The notes: generated by a model not told the origin, from the letters alone. A stretch of 40,000 nt of DNA from Psychrosphaera ytuae (GCF_017638545.1 NZ_CP072110.1:2571181-2611180); one strand, 5' to 3'; shown: positions 24,708 through 35,991, counted from the stretch's first letter. Numbers and translations are program-made.

Positions 24708-25475
24708 ATGGAGACATTTTCTTTAGGTTTTGTATCCAGTTTTTCTATCCCTGTCTTGCGTTTGGTTAGCGGGCTTCGGGCGATTGTGGTCTTGGTTTCG
24801 ACCGTTAGTTTTTTGCTGCACGCTGAAGAGTTAGAACAAACTAAAGGACAATGCGACCTGTCTCAGCCAGTAATGCTTTCTTCGATCAATCACCCTAAAA
24901 TTCAACAGTATTTTGAACCACTTATCAAAAAGACCTACGCGGATATTGGCGTCAACGTAGATTTTGTTGTTACTAGTTCTTATCGGGACTTGATGTTGGT
25001 TAATCGAGAAGCGCTCTCTGGTAGTGTTGCGTTTGCTGAAGATATTATCGATACGATTCCCGGCCTTATCAAAGTCGCACCACCTCTTAGCATCATGTCG
25101 TACATGCTCGTCTGTAAAAAGGGTAAACCCTGTAATCTAGAACAATTGCATAAATTGATTGAAGTTGGTGGATTGGCGGTAACAAATGCAATGAGTATGG
25201 GGGTTGTGACTAATTTTCCTCAAATAGACAAAGACAACCTAGTGATCGTATCGAAAATGGGGCAAGTGTTATCAATGCTGTCAGAGGGGCGGGTTGACTA
25301 TGGTGTATACCCTGTATCAGATCGCAGTAAAGGCGGAACAGAAGAAATCCCGGTTGAGTTTGACTACGAGCCTATGTACGACATTGCGACTTACCATGTC
25401 ATTAACAACAACTTATTGTGTTTGTTGCCAAAAATTGAAGCGTCATTAAGCCAAAACTTAAAAACATTTAAGTAA
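24708..25475 (+). CDS. Hypothetical periplasmic protein, possibly of the family-3 solute-binding-protein type
   Basis: 255 aa with a GAGG SD 7 nt upstream and a hydrophobic N-terminal signal-like segment. The size and layout resemble orphan substrate-binding-domain proteins. No strong motif. Confidence 0.4.
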   Translation: METFSLGFVSSFSIPVLRLVSGLRAIVVLVSTVSFLLHAEELEQTKGQCDLSQPVMLSSINHPKIQQYFEPLIKKTYADIGVNVDFVVTSSYRDLMLVNREALSGSVAFAEDIIDTIPGLIKVAPPLSIMSYMLVCKKGKPCNLEQLHKLIEVGGLAVTNAMSMGVVTNFPQIDKDNLVIVSKMGQVLSMLSEGRVDYGVYPVSDRSKGGTEEIPVEFDYEPMYDIATYHVINNNLLCLLPKIEASLSQNLKTFK

Positions 25476-25660
25476 TTACTCAAAAAAGATTAAAAAATAG
25501 TCAAATGTGGTCGCTATTAACTAAAATAAAGCGTACAATGCGCGCCCTTTTGAATTCCCCCACAGACAGGCTTAGCTCAATTGAATCTCTTGCGATAGAG
25601 GTGCGGACGTTGAGTGATGATGGATTACGCGTGAAGTTGGGGTAGAGATGTGAGTAAAAA

Positions 25661-27511
25661 ATGACAGAAAATGTAACCCCAAAGTTTGTTGACTTAGGTT
25701 TAACCCCAGCCGTTTTAGAAGCGGTTCAACACGTTGGTTATGAAACCCCTTCACCAATCCAAGCTGAATGTATTCCACATATCCTTAATGGCGACGATAT
25801 TTTAGGTATCGCCCAAACGGGTACTGGTAAAACGGCGGCGTTCGCGCTTCCAACTTTGTGCCACTTAGATCCAAGTATCAATTCGCCACAGATCTTAGTG
25901 TTAGCACCGACTCGTGAATTAGCGATTCAGGTTGCAGAAGCATTTACAACTTATGCTGAAAAGCTTGACGGTTTCCACGTATTACCAATTTACGGTGGTC
26001 AGGATTTCCGTACTCAGCTACGTGCACTTAAGCGTGGTGTTCACGTTGTTGTTGGTACACCAGGTCGTGTTATGGACCACATGCGTCGCGAAACTCTCGA
26101 TTTGTCTAACCTTAAAACAGTGGTACTAGACGAAGCCGACGAAATGTTGCGTATGGGCTTCATCGATGACGTTGAGTGGATCATGGAGCACGTGCCAAGT
26201 GAAGCACAAATCGCGTTGTTCTCGGCGACTATGCCAGCGCCAATCTTAAAGGTGACTAAGCAGTACCTTAAGAACCCTAAAGAAGTGCGCATTAAGCCAA
26301 AAACGGCGAGTCACTCTAACATCACACAGCAGTACTGGATTGTGAACAACAACCAAAAACTAGACGTGTTAACACGACTTCTAGAGCTGACTGAATTTGA
26401 TGGCATGATCATCTTTACGAAGACGCGTCAAGCAACCTCTGAATTAGCAGACAAGCTATCTGCGCGTGGTCACGCTGCAGCAGCGCTTAACGGTGACATG
26501 AACCAGTCTCACCGTGAACAGTGTATCGAGTCATTAAAGTCTGGTCGTTTAGACATTATTATCGCAACAGACGTTGCAGCACGTGGTATCGACGTTGAGC
26601 GTGTAAGTCACGTTATTAACTATGACTTACCGTACGATGTAGAATCTTACGTTCACCGTGTTGGCCGTACAGGTCGTGCGGGTCGTAAAGGTAACGCTAT
26701 CTTGTTTGCAACGCCACGTGAGCGTCGTTTATTAAAGACAATCGAGCGTGAAACTAAGCAAACAATTTTGCCTTACGAGCCACCAACAAATGAAGAAGTT
26801 ACACAGTTACGTGTTGCTGCGTTTAAAGAGCGCATTGCAGATGTAATCGGTGGTCAGGACTTAGACTTTTTCACTAACTTAGTGAACGAGTATGCAGAAG
26901 AGCACGGTCAAGAGCTTGGTGAAGTTGCTGCTGCATTAGCGTTTATGGCACAGCAAGAAGCACCGTTACAAGTAACGGGCAAAGGCATGCCAGGAAACAA
27001 CAAGTTTGAAGATCGCAACAGTCGTGATCGCAACGGTCGTGACCGTGATCGCGGTGAACGTGGCGAACGTGGTGGCCGTGGTCGTGATACTGGCGTTCCT
27101 ATGCAAGCATACCGCATCGAAGTTGGTCGTGAGCACGGTGTAACACCTAAAGATATCGTTGGTGCGATTGCAAACGAAGCAAACATTAGCTCTAAGTTCA
27201 TCGGTAACATCAAGCTAATGCCGAACTTCTCTGTTGTTGAACTACCGGCAGACATGCCAACAGAAACAGCTGAACAGTTGAAGAAGACACGTGTTCGTAA
27301 CCAACAGCTAGACATCAAGGTTGACCCTCGTGGCGGCCAAGGTGTTGGTGAGCGTGGTGGTCGTCGTGATGGCGGCGGTCGTGGTCGAGGCCGTGATGAT
27401 CGCGGTGGTCGTGGACGTGGTGGTAATCGTGATGGCAATCGCGAAGGTAACCGTGGACGCGGTGGTGAAGGACATCGCGGTCGTCGTAATGACCGTAAAC
27501 CTCGCGACTAA
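25661..27511 (+). CDS. deaD: DEAD-box ATP-dependent RNA helicase DeaD/CsdA
   Basis: 616 aa. Motifs present are the Q-motif (GYETPSPIQ), AQTGTGKT, VLDEADEML (DEAD), SAT and HRVGRTGRAG. A C-terminal DbpA-like RNA-binding domain (YRIEVGREHGVTPKDIVGAIANEA) is flanked by RG/RD-rich tails. Confidence 0.95.
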   Translation: MTENVTPKFVDLGLTPAVLEAVQHVGYETPSPIQAECIPHILNGDDILGIAQTGTGKTAAFALPTLCHLDPSINSPQILVLAPTRELAIQVAEAFTTYAEKLDGFHVLPIYGGQDFRTQLRALKRGVHVVVGTPGRVMDHMRRETLDLSNLKTVVLDEADEMLRMGFIDDVEWIMEHVPSEAQIALFSATMPAPILKVTKQYLKNPKEVRIKPKTASHSNITQQYWIVNNNQKLDVLTRLLELTEFDGMIIFTKTRQATSELADKLSARGHAAAALNGDMNQSHREQCIESLKSGRLDIIIATDVAARGIDVERVSHVINYDLPYDVESYVHRVGRTGRAGRKGNAILFATPRERRLLKTIERETKQTILPYEPPTNEEVTQLRVAAFKERIADVIGGQDLDFFTNLVNEYAEEHGQELGEVAAALAFMAQQEAPLQVTGKGMPGNNKFEDRNSRDRNGRDRDRGERGERGGRGRDTGVPMQAYRIEVGREHGVTPKDIVGAIANEANISSKFIGNIKLMPNFSVVELPADMPTETAEQLKKTRVRNQQLDIKVDPRGGQGVGERGGRRDGGGRGRGRDDRGGRGRGGNRDGNREGNRGRGGEGHRGRRNDRKPRD

Positions 27512-27537
27512 TTTAGTCCATACCCAAAAATAAAACA

Positions 27538-27561
27538 CAAAGCAGCTTTCGGGCTGCTTTG
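27538..27561 (+). terminator. Terminator-like hairpin after deaD
   Basis: CAAAGCAGC-TTTCGG-GCTGCTTTG forms a 9-bp stem 27 nt after the stop. The U-tract is partly inside the stem and the trailing T-run is weak. Confidence 0.55.
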
Positions 27562-27611
27562 TAGTATCTTACAATAGTAAAAAAAGAATCGATAAAACAA
27601 GGCAAACAATT

Positions 27612-28325
27612 ATGCGTCCAAGCGGTAGAACCACTTCTCAAATTCGTCCCGTCACTATTACTCGTAACTTTACAGCGCACGCTGAAGGTTCGGTGTTGAT
27701 TGAAATTGGTGACACAAAAGTATTATGTAATGCAACGGTTGAAGTGGGCGTGCCTCGTTTTATGAAAGGTCAGGGCAAAGGTTGGATCACAGCTGAATAC
27801 GGCATGTTACCGCGCTCAACTCACACTCGTAACCAACGTGAAGCAGCGAAAGGCAAACAGTCTGGCCGTACCATGGAAATTCAACGTCTGATTGCTCGTT
27901 CTTTACGTGCAGCAGTCGACTTATCAGCGCTTGGCGAAAACACCATCACAGTTGACTGTGATGTTATTCAAGCTGACGGTGGTACTCGTACCGCATCTAT
28001 CACAGGTGCATGTGTGGCATTAGTTGATGCGATTAACTACATGCGCAAAGAAGAGATCATCAAAGCCAACCCACTTAAACACATGATTGCGGCGATTTCG
28101 GTTGGTGTGTATCAAGGTACACCAATTGCGGATTTGGAATACGTTGAAGACTCTGAAGCCGAAACCGACATGAACGTTATCATGACTGAAGATGGTCGTT
28201 TAATCGAAGTACAAGGCACTGCAGAAGAAGAGCCTTTCACCTTTGACGAAATGCAAGAAATGATGGCCCTTGCCAAAAACGCCATCGGTGAGCTCATCGA
28301 CGAGCAGAAAAAAGCCTTAGCGTAA
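27612..28325 (+). CDS. rph: Ribonuclease PH
   Basis: 237 aa. [39 protein letters not shown]...[48 protein letters not shown] is colinear with E. coli RNase PH. Confidence 0.97.
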   Translation: MRPSGRTTSQIRPVTITRNFTAHAEGSVLIEIGDTKVLCNATVEVGVPRFMKGQGKGWITAEYGMLPRSTHTRNQREAAKGKQSGRTMEIQRLIARSLRAAVDLSALGENTITVDCDVIQADGGTRTASITGACVALVDAINYMRKEEIIKANPLKHMIAAISVGVYQGTPIADLEYVEDSEAETDMNVIMTEDGRLIEVQGTAEEEPFTFDEMQEMMALAKNAIGELIDEQKKALA

Positions 28326-28340
28326 ACAGAGTAAAAATTG

Positions 28341-28370
28341 AAAAAGCCAGCAGTATTGCTGGTTTTTGTT
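28341..28370 (+). terminator. Rho-independent terminator of rph
   Basis: AAAAAG-CCAGCA-GTAT-TGCTGG-TTTTTGTT, starting 16 nt after the rph stop. Confidence 0.8.
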
Positions 28371-28424
28371 AGGTCTAAAGACCAGGCAATGTAGTAACCC
28401 GCAACAAACAGTAGGACACAAACC

Positions 28425-29066
28425 ATGAAAGATTATCAAAAAGAGTTTATCGAATTTGCCCTTGAGAAACAGGTACTAAAATTCGGTGAATTTACCCTTA
28501 AATCTGGCCGCACAAGCCCGTATTTTTTTAACGCTGGTTTGTTTAATACTGGTCGTGATTTGGCGCGTTTGGGGCGTTTTTATGCGGCGGCGTTAGCAGA
28601 CTCTGGGATTTCATTTGATGTGTTATTTGGCCCTGCTTACAAAGGTATTCCTATCGCAACAACTACAGCGGTTGCGCTTGCAGATCATCACGACGTTGAC
28701 ACACCTTACTGCTTTAACCGTAAAGAGAAAAAAGACCACGGTGAAGGCGGAAGCCTGGTAGGTGCAGAGCTTAAAGGCGACATCATGCTAGTCGATGATG
28801 TTATTACCGCAGGTACTGCAATTCGCGAATCGATGACCATTATTGAGCAAGCTGGCGCGAGTTTAGCGGGTGTCTTAATCGCCCTTGACCGTCAAGAAAA
28901 GGGCAAAGGCGAACTATCAGCGATTCAAGAAGTTGAGCGTGACTTCGGTACTAAAGTGATTTCGATCGTTACCTTAGGCGATGTAATTGAATTTGTGAAA
29001 CAAAACGAAGAATACGCGGCCTATTTACCAAGCGTTGAATTATATCGTGAGCAATACGGTATCTAA
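28425..29066 (+). CDS. pyrE: Orotate phosphoribosyltransferase
   Basis: 213 aa. [47 protein letters not shown] and the PRPP-binding loop [16 protein letters not shown] are near-identical in pattern to E. coli PyrE. Confidence 0.97.
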   Translation: MKDYQKEFIEFALEKQVLKFGEFTLKSGRTSPYFFNAGLFNTGRDLARLGRFYAAALADSGISFDVLFGPAYKGIPIATTTAVALADHHDVDTPYCFNRKEKKDHGEGGSLVGAELKGDIMLVDDVITAGTAIRESMTIIEQAGASLAGVLIALDRQEKGKGELSAIQEVERDFGTKVISIVTLGDVIEFVKQNEEYAAYLPSVELYREQYGI

Positions 29067-30111
29067 TTTAGTACTTATCATTGCGCTTCTGTTTGGTTTT
29101 GAAGCGAAGTTTGTCTTCGCTCAAAATCGAACGAGCTGTGACGTCAAAGCGGACTTCGCTTTTCCATTCAATCACCCCTGCCAAACGCTGTTAGACCTTA
29201 CAACACTAAGCTCCGATACAATGCAAGGGCGCGCACCTTCTACTCAAGGCCAACAACGCGCAAGTAACTATATCATTGAGCAATTTAAGTCTATTGGATT
29301 GCTGCCAGTATCCCAACTGGGCTTATTGGATACTGATGGGTTCAAGCAAGTCTTTCAATATGATCACTACGGCACAGCCACTACAGGCGAGAATATTTTG
29401 GGTTTTCAACGTGGTCAGCAATATCCCAATCAGGTGCTGATCATCACCGCACACTATGATCACTTGGGAACCAAGGGCAAACGGATAATGAACGGGGCCG
29501 ATGATAACGCCTCTGGAGTAGCCGGACTCTTGGCCATTGCCCGTTTTTTCAGTGTGCTAGCACCAAACTATTCGATTCTTTACGTAGCGACTGATGCTGA
29601 AGAACATGGCTTACATGGTGCTCGGTACTTTCTTGAAAATTGGAATAGCGTATATGGTAAGCCGAGCCTTAACACTGATCTTATTGACGAGCCCATAGAC
29701 GCTCCCATTGAAATAAAAATGAATATCAACCTAGATATGATTGGTGGCACAAAGGGCAATCTGTATTTTACTGGAGCTCGCAAAAACCAAGCCTTTCTCG
29801 CTATTTTTGATACGGTGACACAGCAAATAGGCAGAAAACATATCCGTTTGAAAAGGGGCCATGGCAGTGCACGGCTTAGCAGAGATGCTTTATCTGGTAA
29901 TATAGACTGGCGAAATGCGAGTGATCATGCTGTGTTTAGAAAACAAGGTATTCCATACTTGTATCTAGGTGGAGATTTACACGATTTTTACCATACCTCT
30001 GACGATACCATTGACAACATTGATCAGAATGCCTTTATGGCTTCTGTAAAAGCCGCTCTAATGACAGTAATTTTGTTAGACGGTCTGCCGTCACAGTATT
30101 TTGAGTTTTAG
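29035..30111 (+). CDS. M28-family zinc aminopeptidase, secreted (start uncertain: ATG 29035 overlaps the pyrE 3' end; GTG 29047 is also possible)
   Basis: It has a signal-like N-terminus ([19 protein letters not shown]). M28 motifs are [27 protein letters not shown] and [15 protein letters not shown]. Confidence 0.8.
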   Translation: MNYIVSNTVSNLVLIIALLFGFEAKFVFAQNRTSCDVKADFAFPFNHPCQTLLDLTTLSSDTMQGRAPSTQGQQRASNYIIEQFKSIGLLPVSQLGLLDTDGFKQVFQYDHYGTATTGENILGFQRGQQYPNQVLIITAHYDHLGTKGKRIMNGADDNASGVAGLLAIARFFSVLAPNYSILYVATDAEEHGLHGARYFLENWNSVYGKPSLNTDLIDEPIDAPIEIKMNINLDMIGGTKGNLYFTGARKNQAFLAIFDTVTQQIGRKHIRLKRGHGSARLSRDALSGNIDWRNASDHAVFRKQGIPYLYLGGDLHDFYHTSDDTIDNIDQNAFMASVKAALMTVILLDGLPSQYFEF

Positions 30112-30181
30112 TGTTACACTGTGGTGAATCGTCAAGGCAGAAACCACTATGGTAGAAATCTAAAAGGTACAGGAGTTTCGA

Positions 30182-31189
30182 ATGCGAACCTTATTCCCTG
30201 AAATTAACCCCAACCAAACGTTCCATTTGGATGTCGGCGATAGCCATCAGATTTATGTCGAAGAATGTGGAAACCCCGATGGTATTCCTGTGGTGTACGT
30301 TCATGGTGGCCCAGGCGGTGGTAGCAGTCCGATGCACCGTCGCTTTTACGACCCAGAGCAATATCGCATCATTCAATTTGACCAGCGTGGCTGTGGTAAG
30401 TCGACACCGCACTGCGCTGATGATATCAATGCGTTGTTTAGTAATACCACTCAGCATTTATTGCGTGACATGGAGCAAATAAGAGCTCATTTGGGCATTA
30501 CTTCTTGGGTCGTTGCGGGTGGTTCTTGGGGAACGACGTTGGCACTCCTATATGCGATTAAGTTTCCGTCTGTCGTCAAAGCACTGATATTGCGCGGGGT
30601 ATTTTTGGCTCGAAAACAAGATTTAGACTGGTTTTTGTCGCCCAAACAAGGCGCGAGCCAAATCTTTCCTGAATATTATCGAGATTTTGTTCGCGGTCAT
30701 GATATTGAATCTGTCGATAGTGAAGACTATGACGCAACTCAAGAAATACTCGAGTCGTATCACGAAAAATTAACCGGCGATAACGATTTTGAGCAGCTCG
30801 CAGCGGCCAAACAGTTTATGAATTGGGAAGGCCGGATAGTGTCAGTCAATTATCAGCAGTCTGCGCCAGCGATGAGTAAACACGAAGCCATCGCTATGTC
30901 GCTGCTTAATACGCATTATTTTACGAATGACGGATTTATTTACGAGTCAGAAATCATCAGTGAAATCGCGGCAATATCACATATTCCAGGTTACATTGTC
31001 CATGGGCGAAATGACGTAGTATGCAAGCCAGAAGGGGCCTTTACCCTCGCTGAACATTGGCCAAACGGCGTATTAGAAATGGTCCCAGCCGCAGGACACA
31101 GTAGTACTGAGCCTGGTATTATTGACGGCTTGGTAAGAGCGAGCCAAAACATCGCTAAATTCTTAAATGAAAAAGATCAGGAGAAGTAG
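30182..31189 (+). CDS. pip: Proline iminopeptidase
   Basis: 335 aa. [47 protein letters not shown] matches the Pip N-terminus. The nucleophile elbow is GGSWGTTL. Confidence 0.9.
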   Translation: MRTLFPEINPNQTFHLDVGDSHQIYVEECGNPDGIPVVYVHGGPGGGSSPMHRRFYDPEQYRIIQFDQRGCGKSTPHCADDINALFSNTTQHLLRDMEQIRAHLGITSWVVAGGSWGTTLALLYAIKFPSVVKALILRGVFLARKQDLDWFLSPKQGASQIFPEYYRDFVRGHDIESVDSEDYDATQEILESYHEKLTGDNDFEQLAAAKQFMNWEGRIVSVNYQQSAPAMSKHEAIAMSLLNTHYFTNDGFIYESEIISEIAAISHIPGYIVHGRNDVVCKPEGAFTLAEHWPNGVLEMVPAAGHSSTEPGIIDGLVRASQNIAKFLNEKDQEK

Positions 31190-31191
31190 TT

Positions 31192-31629
31192 GTGATTGGA
31201 TTAATTCAGCGCGTAAGCGAAGCCAAAGTTGACATCGACGGTCAAACTGTCGGAAGTATTAACCAAGGTTTATTGGTGTTGCTAGGCGTTGAACAAGCTG
31301 ATGACGAGGCTAAAGCGAAAAAGCTTGCTGAGCGAATCAGTAAGTATCGTGTGTTTAATGATGAAAACGGCAAGATGAACCTAAATGTTCAGCAAGTCGA
31401 AGGCTCGTTGTTAGTGGTGTCACAATTTACCCTTGTTGCTGATACCAAATCGGGTAATCGTCCGGGCTTTTCGCGTGGCGCAACGCCGGAGCAGGGCAAT
31501 CGTTTGTACGAATATTTTGTCCAATGCTGCAAAGACTTAGGGTTGCCAGTCGAAACGGGTCAGTTTGGTGCTGATATGCAAGTTAGCTTGACCAACGATG
31601 GTCCGGTGACCTTTCAACTTACGGTTTGA
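31192..31629 (+). CDS. dtd: D-aminoacyl-tRNA deacylase
   Basis: 145 aa with a GTG start. MIGLIQRV...[13 protein letters not shown]...[21 protein letters not shown]...[15 protein letters not shown] is colinear with E. coli Dtd. Confidence 0.95.
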   Translation: MIGLIQRVSEAKVDIDGQTVGSINQGLLVLLGVEQADDEAKAKKLAERISKYRVFNDENGKMNLNVQQVEGSLLVVSQFTLVADTKSGNRPGFSRGATPEQGNRLYEYFVQCCKDLGLPVETGQFGADMQVSLTNDGPVTFQLTV

Positions 31630-32391
31630 TTATTGGCTTTTGAACAAATTGTGTTGTTCGATATCCTTTGGAAAAACAAACGGCGTCTGAGTTTCGGGCG
31701 CTTGGTGTTTTAACAAAAATATGTGATTTTTTTGACCCGGAACGGCAAAGGCTTTTACCCCAAATGCCGGATTGACCGTACTTATTTCAAAGCCATTGTT
31801 AATACTGTCCCGTAATAAATTCAATTGGGCTTTATCATCCGTTAAACAATTAACGATGAGCCAACCCCCGGGGTTTAACAGTTGTTTAAGGTCTCGATAA
31901 AAAGAATCTGATTTTGTTTGAGCGGGCGCATCTGCCCCGGCAAACAAGTCGACGATGAGCCAATCAAAGTGACGATTGTTATTCTTGCACTCTTTAATAT
32001 GTTCAAACGCGTCTGTTTGTACGATGGATAGTTGGTTAAACCCAGGTAATGATTGCAGCGCCAAATTTACGTCTTTGTCGGCTTCGATACTGATAAAGTC
32101 AATATGAGGAAAGGCGTGCTTAAAATAACGCTGTAGAGATTGGCCGCCACCGCCTAACTCAAGAACGCTCGTCGGTCGGCTATCGTGAAGTAAAGGCAAC
32201 AGCATTACAGCACAATGTGAAAGTGCCGGCATATATGGCGCGGTGTTTGCAAACGCACTTTGGATTACACCATTTATTTCAAGACGATAGAAATCTTTGT
32301 TTTGAATGACCTCGATACGAAAGCCGTCTTTTTGAAAAAAGTACAGCTGTTTAGCTTGCTCGTTACTTAATAGAGTTTGCCAGAGGTCCAT
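31630..32391 (-). CDS. Spermidine-synthase-like SAM-dependent methyltransferase-fold protein
   Basis: 253 aa. It has a Gly-rich motif I (VLELGGGGQSLQRYF), then FISIEADKDV (motif II) and DWLIVDLFAGADAP (motif IV-like, as in aminopropyltransferases). Confidence 0.5.
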   Translation of the reverse strand: MDLWQTLLSNEQAKQLYFFQKDGFRIEVIQNKDFYRLEINGVIQSAFANTAPYMPALSHCAVMLLPLLHDSRPTSVLELGGGGQSLQRYFKHAFPHIDFISIEADKDVNLALQSLPGFNQLSIVQTDAFEHIKECKNNNRHFDWLIVDLFAGADAPAQTKSDSFYRDLKQLLNPGGWLIVNCLTDDKAQLNLLRDSINNGFEISTVNPAFGVKAFAVPGQKNHIFLLKHQAPETQTPFVFPKDIEQHNLFKSQ

Positions 32392-32451
32392 AGATGGTTT
32401 TTAATTAAAGTGGCTCAACGATAATAACAAGCATAACAAAAGAATGATTCG

Positions 32452-33396
32452 TTGAGTCAACTATTTAGGATAAAGGGGAAGAGTATGTACCAAGTTGTGG
32501 CGCCACAAACAGAGTCCGACTGGGAAGACTATTACGAAGTTCGATGGCAAATCCTTCGCGCACCATTACAGCAACCTCGTGGTTCTGAAAAAGACGAATA
32601 CGAGCAACACGCATGGCACCGCATGGTCAAAGACGATAACGGTGAAGTTGTGGGAGTGGCTCGTTTACACCTTGTCAATTCAGAAGAGGCGCAAATTCGT
32701 TACATGGCTGTGATTGATAACCACAGACGTAAAGGTTTGGCGACCATGATGTTGGAATCCCTCGAAGCCATTGCGCGACAAGAAGGGGTTGAGCGAGTTA
32801 TCCTAAATGCTCGAAAAACCGCCACCAACTTTTATGAAAACCTAGGCTACTCGGTTACCGGAGACGCACCGGAGATTTTTGGTTCGATTCCTCATGTACA
32901 AATGTGCAAACCTTTGGATAAAGTCGAGGTGATTATTCGCCACCCTCAGTGGTGTGTTGATCTGCAAAATATCTGGCACCAGCAAATTCCTATCACTCAG
33001 CTTATGGGCATTCGAGTATATCAATACACGGGCAAAACCTTTGAGACCCGAGCAGCCTTAAATCCCAATATGAATTTACACGGCACTATGTTTGCTGGCT
33101 CTATCTATTCGTTGGCGACATTAACCGGTTGGGGTCTCGTTCATTTGATGATGAAGGAAAATGAAGTAGACGGTGACATTGTGTTGGCTGATGCGGACAT
33201 TCATTACCACAAGCCGGTAACCGAACTGCCGAGATCGATAGCGCATTTTGAGGATATTAAAGGTGATTTTGAGCCATTAAAAGACAATAAAAAGGCGATG
33301 ATTAGTGTTCAGGTAGAAGTATTAGACGGCCAAAAGAAAGTCGCAAAATTTGTTGGCCAATATTGTGTGATCCCTAAGTCTGATAAAGCAGAATAA
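32452..33396 (+). CDS. yiiD: GNAT acetyltransferase fused to a YiiD C-terminal thioesterase-like domain (YiiD/FabY homolog)
   Basis: Colinear with E. coli YiiD. Matching segments are VAPQTESDWEDYYEVRWQILRAPLQQPRGSEKD, IRYMAV, NPNMNLHGTMFAGSIYSLATLTGWGLVHLMM and ADADIHYHKPV. TTG 32452 gives MSQL..., as at the E. coli N-terminus. ATG 32485, with SD AAGGGGAAG, is the alternative start. Confidence 0.88.
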   Translation: MSQLFRIKGKSMYQVVAPQTESDWEDYYEVRWQILRAPLQQPRGSEKDEYEQHAWHRMVKDDNGEVVGVARLHLVNSEEAQIRYMAVIDNHRRKGLATMMLESLEAIARQEGVERVILNARKTATNFYENLGYSVTGDAPEIFGSIPHVQMCKPLDKVEVIIRHPQWCVDLQNIWHQQIPITQLMGIRVYQYTGKTFETRAALNPNMNLHGTMFAGSIYSLATLTGWGLVHLMMKENEVDGDIVLADADIHYHKPVTELPRSIAHFEDIKGDFEPLKDNKKAMISVQVEVLDGQKKVAKFVGQYCVIPKSDKAE

Positions 33397-33438
33397 CGAC
33401 TAATAACAATCCGTTTTAACAACCATAGAGAACAAGTC

Positions 33439-34296
33439 ATGCAACGTGTCGGTATCATAGGCGGCGGTTTTATCGGAACCGCCCTTGCCGAAGCCTTAGT
33501 TGAAAACAGCTCAGATAAACAAAAATATCAAGTTTGCCTTTCTTTTCGTACAAGTCGTCAAAAACTAACAAACTCTTCCATCAATCAGGCTTTTTGTAAC
33601 GTGTCTGATGGTGAGCTTAACGCTGATGAGGTCCTATTTAACGTGGATTCCTTGGTGATTTGTATTCCACCAGGATTTAAAAAAGGATTGGGTGATTCTT
33701 ACTCAACCAAAATAAAAAGTTTAGTCGAGAAGGGCTATTCTAGTGGTGTAAAACAGATCATTTTTACCAGCTCCATTGGGATTTACCCTGAAGGGGCTGA
33801 AGTTGATGAAAACACCGCCCTTGATTTATCAACTGAAAAGGCCAGAGCCTTGTATGACGCAGAGCAAGAGGTATTGACTAGCCGGGTGAAAAATAAACAG
33901 GTAATAAGATTAGCTGGTTTAATTGGAGCTACTCGTCATCCAGGCCGCTTTAAGGTCAAACTCACTGCGGATAATGCTCTCGAGCCAGTAAATATGGTGA
34001 CTCAAAAGGATGTTGTGGCGGCGATAAAATTATTATTAGAGCAGGGAGCTCGCGAGAATAATGGCGATATCTACAATGTTGTAGCACCGCATCACCCAAG
34101 TAAACAGAGCTTTTATCGTTATGCCAGACAGCAGCTTAACGATGAGCGAATTAATGAGCCTTTGGTTGTACCGGAGGTTGCTCCTACAATGGCAAGGAAT
34201 ACAACAATAGGTAAACGCGTATCAGGCCTAAAAATTTGTCACAAACTCGGATTTGAATATCAAACCGATAATTTATTACGTTTTGTGTTTAGCTAG
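33439..34296 (+). CDS. NAD(P)-binding Rossmann-fold protein (SDR/epimerase-like)
   Basis: 285 aa. The N-terminal dinucleotide-binding motif is [20 protein letters not shown]. The size and layout are those of an atypical SDR. Confidence 0.5.
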   Translation: MQRVGIIGGGFIGTALAEALVENSSDKQKYQVCLSFRTSRQKLTNSSINQAFCNVSDGELNADEVLFNVDSLVICIPPGFKKGLGDSYSTKIKSLVEKGYSSGVKQIIFTSSIGIYPEGAEVDENTALDLSTEKARALYDAEQEVLTSRVKNKQVIRLAGLIGATRHPGRFKVKLTADNALEPVNMVTQKDVVAAIKLLLEQGARENNGDIYNVVAPHHPSKQSFYRYARQQLNDERINEPLVVPEVAPTMARNTTIGKRVSGLKICHKLGFEYQTDNLLRFVFS

Positions 34297-34725
34297 GTAT
34301 CGATCAAGTGCGTTGGCAAAGGCTTGTTTTTCTTTGTCACCGTATTTTGCTTGCCCGCCTGATTGCACACCACTAGCTCGCATTGTATCCATAAAGTCAC
34401 GAATATTAAGGCGTTGTTTGATATTTTCTGGTGTGTAAAGCTCGCCTCTTGGATTGAGAGCTATGGCTTTTTTGTCGATGACTTCAGAGGCAAGAGGAAT
34501 ATCTGCGGTTACAACTAAGTCGTTTGGTTGGCACTCTTTGGCAATGTAATCATCGGCCACATCAAACCCGGCGCTGACTTGCATGCGTTTGATAAACGGT
34601 GAAGGTGGCACATTCACAAATTGATTGGCGACAAAAATAGTCATGGTTTTGGTTCGCTCTGCTGCCCTAAATAAGATTTCTTTTACGGCAACGGGCGTAG
34701 CGTCAGCGTCGACCCATATTGTCAT
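34276..34725 (-). CDS. yaiI: YaiI/YqxD family protein (UPF0178)
   Basis: 149 aa. [35 protein letters not shown]...[51 protein letters not shown] is colinear with E. coli YaiI. Confidence 0.9.
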   Translation of the reverse strand: MTIWVDADATPVAVKEILFRAAERTKTMTIFVANQFVNVPPSPFIKRMQVSAGFDVADDYIAKECQPNDLVVTADIPLASEVIDKKAIALNPRGELYTPENIKQRLNIRDFMDTMRASGVQSGGQAKYGDKEKQAFANALDRYLAKHKT

Positions 34726-34819
34726 CTTGGTTTCTCTTTTTGTGCATTTCGACTAGTCTGGTGGAGAGCGCAGTGTAGGGGAAGAAGGCGACAGTTGCAA
34801 AAAAGGTAGACAACATACA

Positions 34820-35956
34820 ATGAAATATTGGTCAGTTAGATTGGTCTCAATGCTATTGAGTGGTTTATTTTGTGCTGAAAGTTATGGCGCAGAGGTTTAT
34901 AGTACGGCTCAACGAATCGAATCATCACTCGCAGTAACAGAGGGATATCAGGTAATGATGTTAAAACAGCAACGCGAAGCCGATTTTGGCGCTTTTGTGA
35001 AAACAGAGTTAGAGCCATTTTGGGAAACGCATGCTAAGCCCGGTCAATTTGTTAACAAACAAGGGTTAGTGTTGCACTTTGTCGAAGTGAGTCTTGAGGG
35101 TGCGCGAAATACGCTAGTCATTTCACCTGGGCGAGTGGAGGGGTATTTAAAATATAAAGAAATGGCCTATGACTTCGCAAAATTAGGTTATCGGGTTTTT
35201 ATCTTGGATCATCAAGGCCAGGGTCTTTCCTCGCGTTTGTTGGTAAATAGTCACAAAGGTCACGTGAATAAGTTTTCGGACTACACCCGTGATTTTAATC
35301 AATTTGTGACTGAAATTGTTGAGCCTAAAAAGGTCGGAGAAATGCACTTATTGTGTCATTCAATGGGCGGCGCAATCGGTTTGCGTTACTTACAATCTTA
35401 CTCTCACCCATTTGCTAAAGCTGCGTTTTCTTCACCTATGTGGGGATTGCCGACAGGTCCAGTGCCGGCGATGATCCTTAAACCTATGGTGAAATCTGCT
35501 GCTTGGTTGGTGAAGCAAGTTGAGCCAGAGAGCCCTTATTTTTTAGGTCACAGTGATTACAAAAAGGTTCCATTTTTGATCAATACCTTAACCCACAGCA
35601 AAGCGCGTTATGAGTATTTTAGAGAGACCTACGAACAAGAGCCGAAGCTACAACTAGGTGGTATTACTTATGGTTGGATCACTTCGTCTATCAATGGTTT
35701 GGATCGCGCATTTAGCGAGCTTGAAAAAGTGTCGATTCCTTTGCTTGTGTTGCAAGCAGAAAAAGACATCGTAATTGATAACTCAGCTCAAGATAAGTTT
35801 TGCACGCGCCTAACCGAGGTTGGGAAAAGCTGTCACAGTGGTAAACCTGTTGTAATAAAGGGCGCCAAACATGAGATTTTTATTGAAAGTGACGAGATTC
35901 GAAATAAAGGGTTAAGTGAGGTTTTGGCTTTTTTCTTGGATGAGCAAGCTATTTAA
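34820..35956 (+). CDS. Alpha/beta hydrolase, lysophospholipase L2 (PldB)-like
   Basis: 378 aa with a signal-like N-terminus. The nucleophile elbow is LLCHSMGGAIG, and a C-terminal GAKHEIF (catalytic His) is present. Confidence 0.65.
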   Translation: MKYWSVRLVSMLLSGLFCAESYGAEVYSTAQRIESSLAVTEGYQVMMLKQQREADFGAFVKTELEPFWETHAKPGQFVNKQGLVLHFVEVSLEGARNTLVISPGRVEGYLKYKEMAYDFAKLGYRVFILDHQGQGLSSRLLVNSHKGHVNKFSDYTRDFNQFVTEIVEPKKVGEMHLLCHSMGGAIGLRYLQSYSHPFAKAAFSSPMWGLPTGPVPAMILKPMVKSAAWLVKQVEPESPYFLGHSDYKKVPFLINTLTHSKARYEYFRETYEQEPKLQLGGITYGWITSSINGLDRAFSELEKVSIPLLVLQAEKDIVIDNSAQDKFCTRLTEVGKSCHSGKPVVIKGAKHEIFIESDEIRNKGLSEVLAFFLDEQAI

Positions 35957-35991
35957 ATTATCAGATGCTGAATCAAGTTTTGATATGCAAT

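Noticed and set aside
26908-27538. Pro/Arg-rich 176-aa minus-strand ORF, plus Thr-rich and Val-rich 70-76-aa ORFs
   Set aside because: All are alternative readings of the repetitive CGT/GGT/GAT codons that encode the DeaD RGG tail. They are artefacts of low-complexity DNA.
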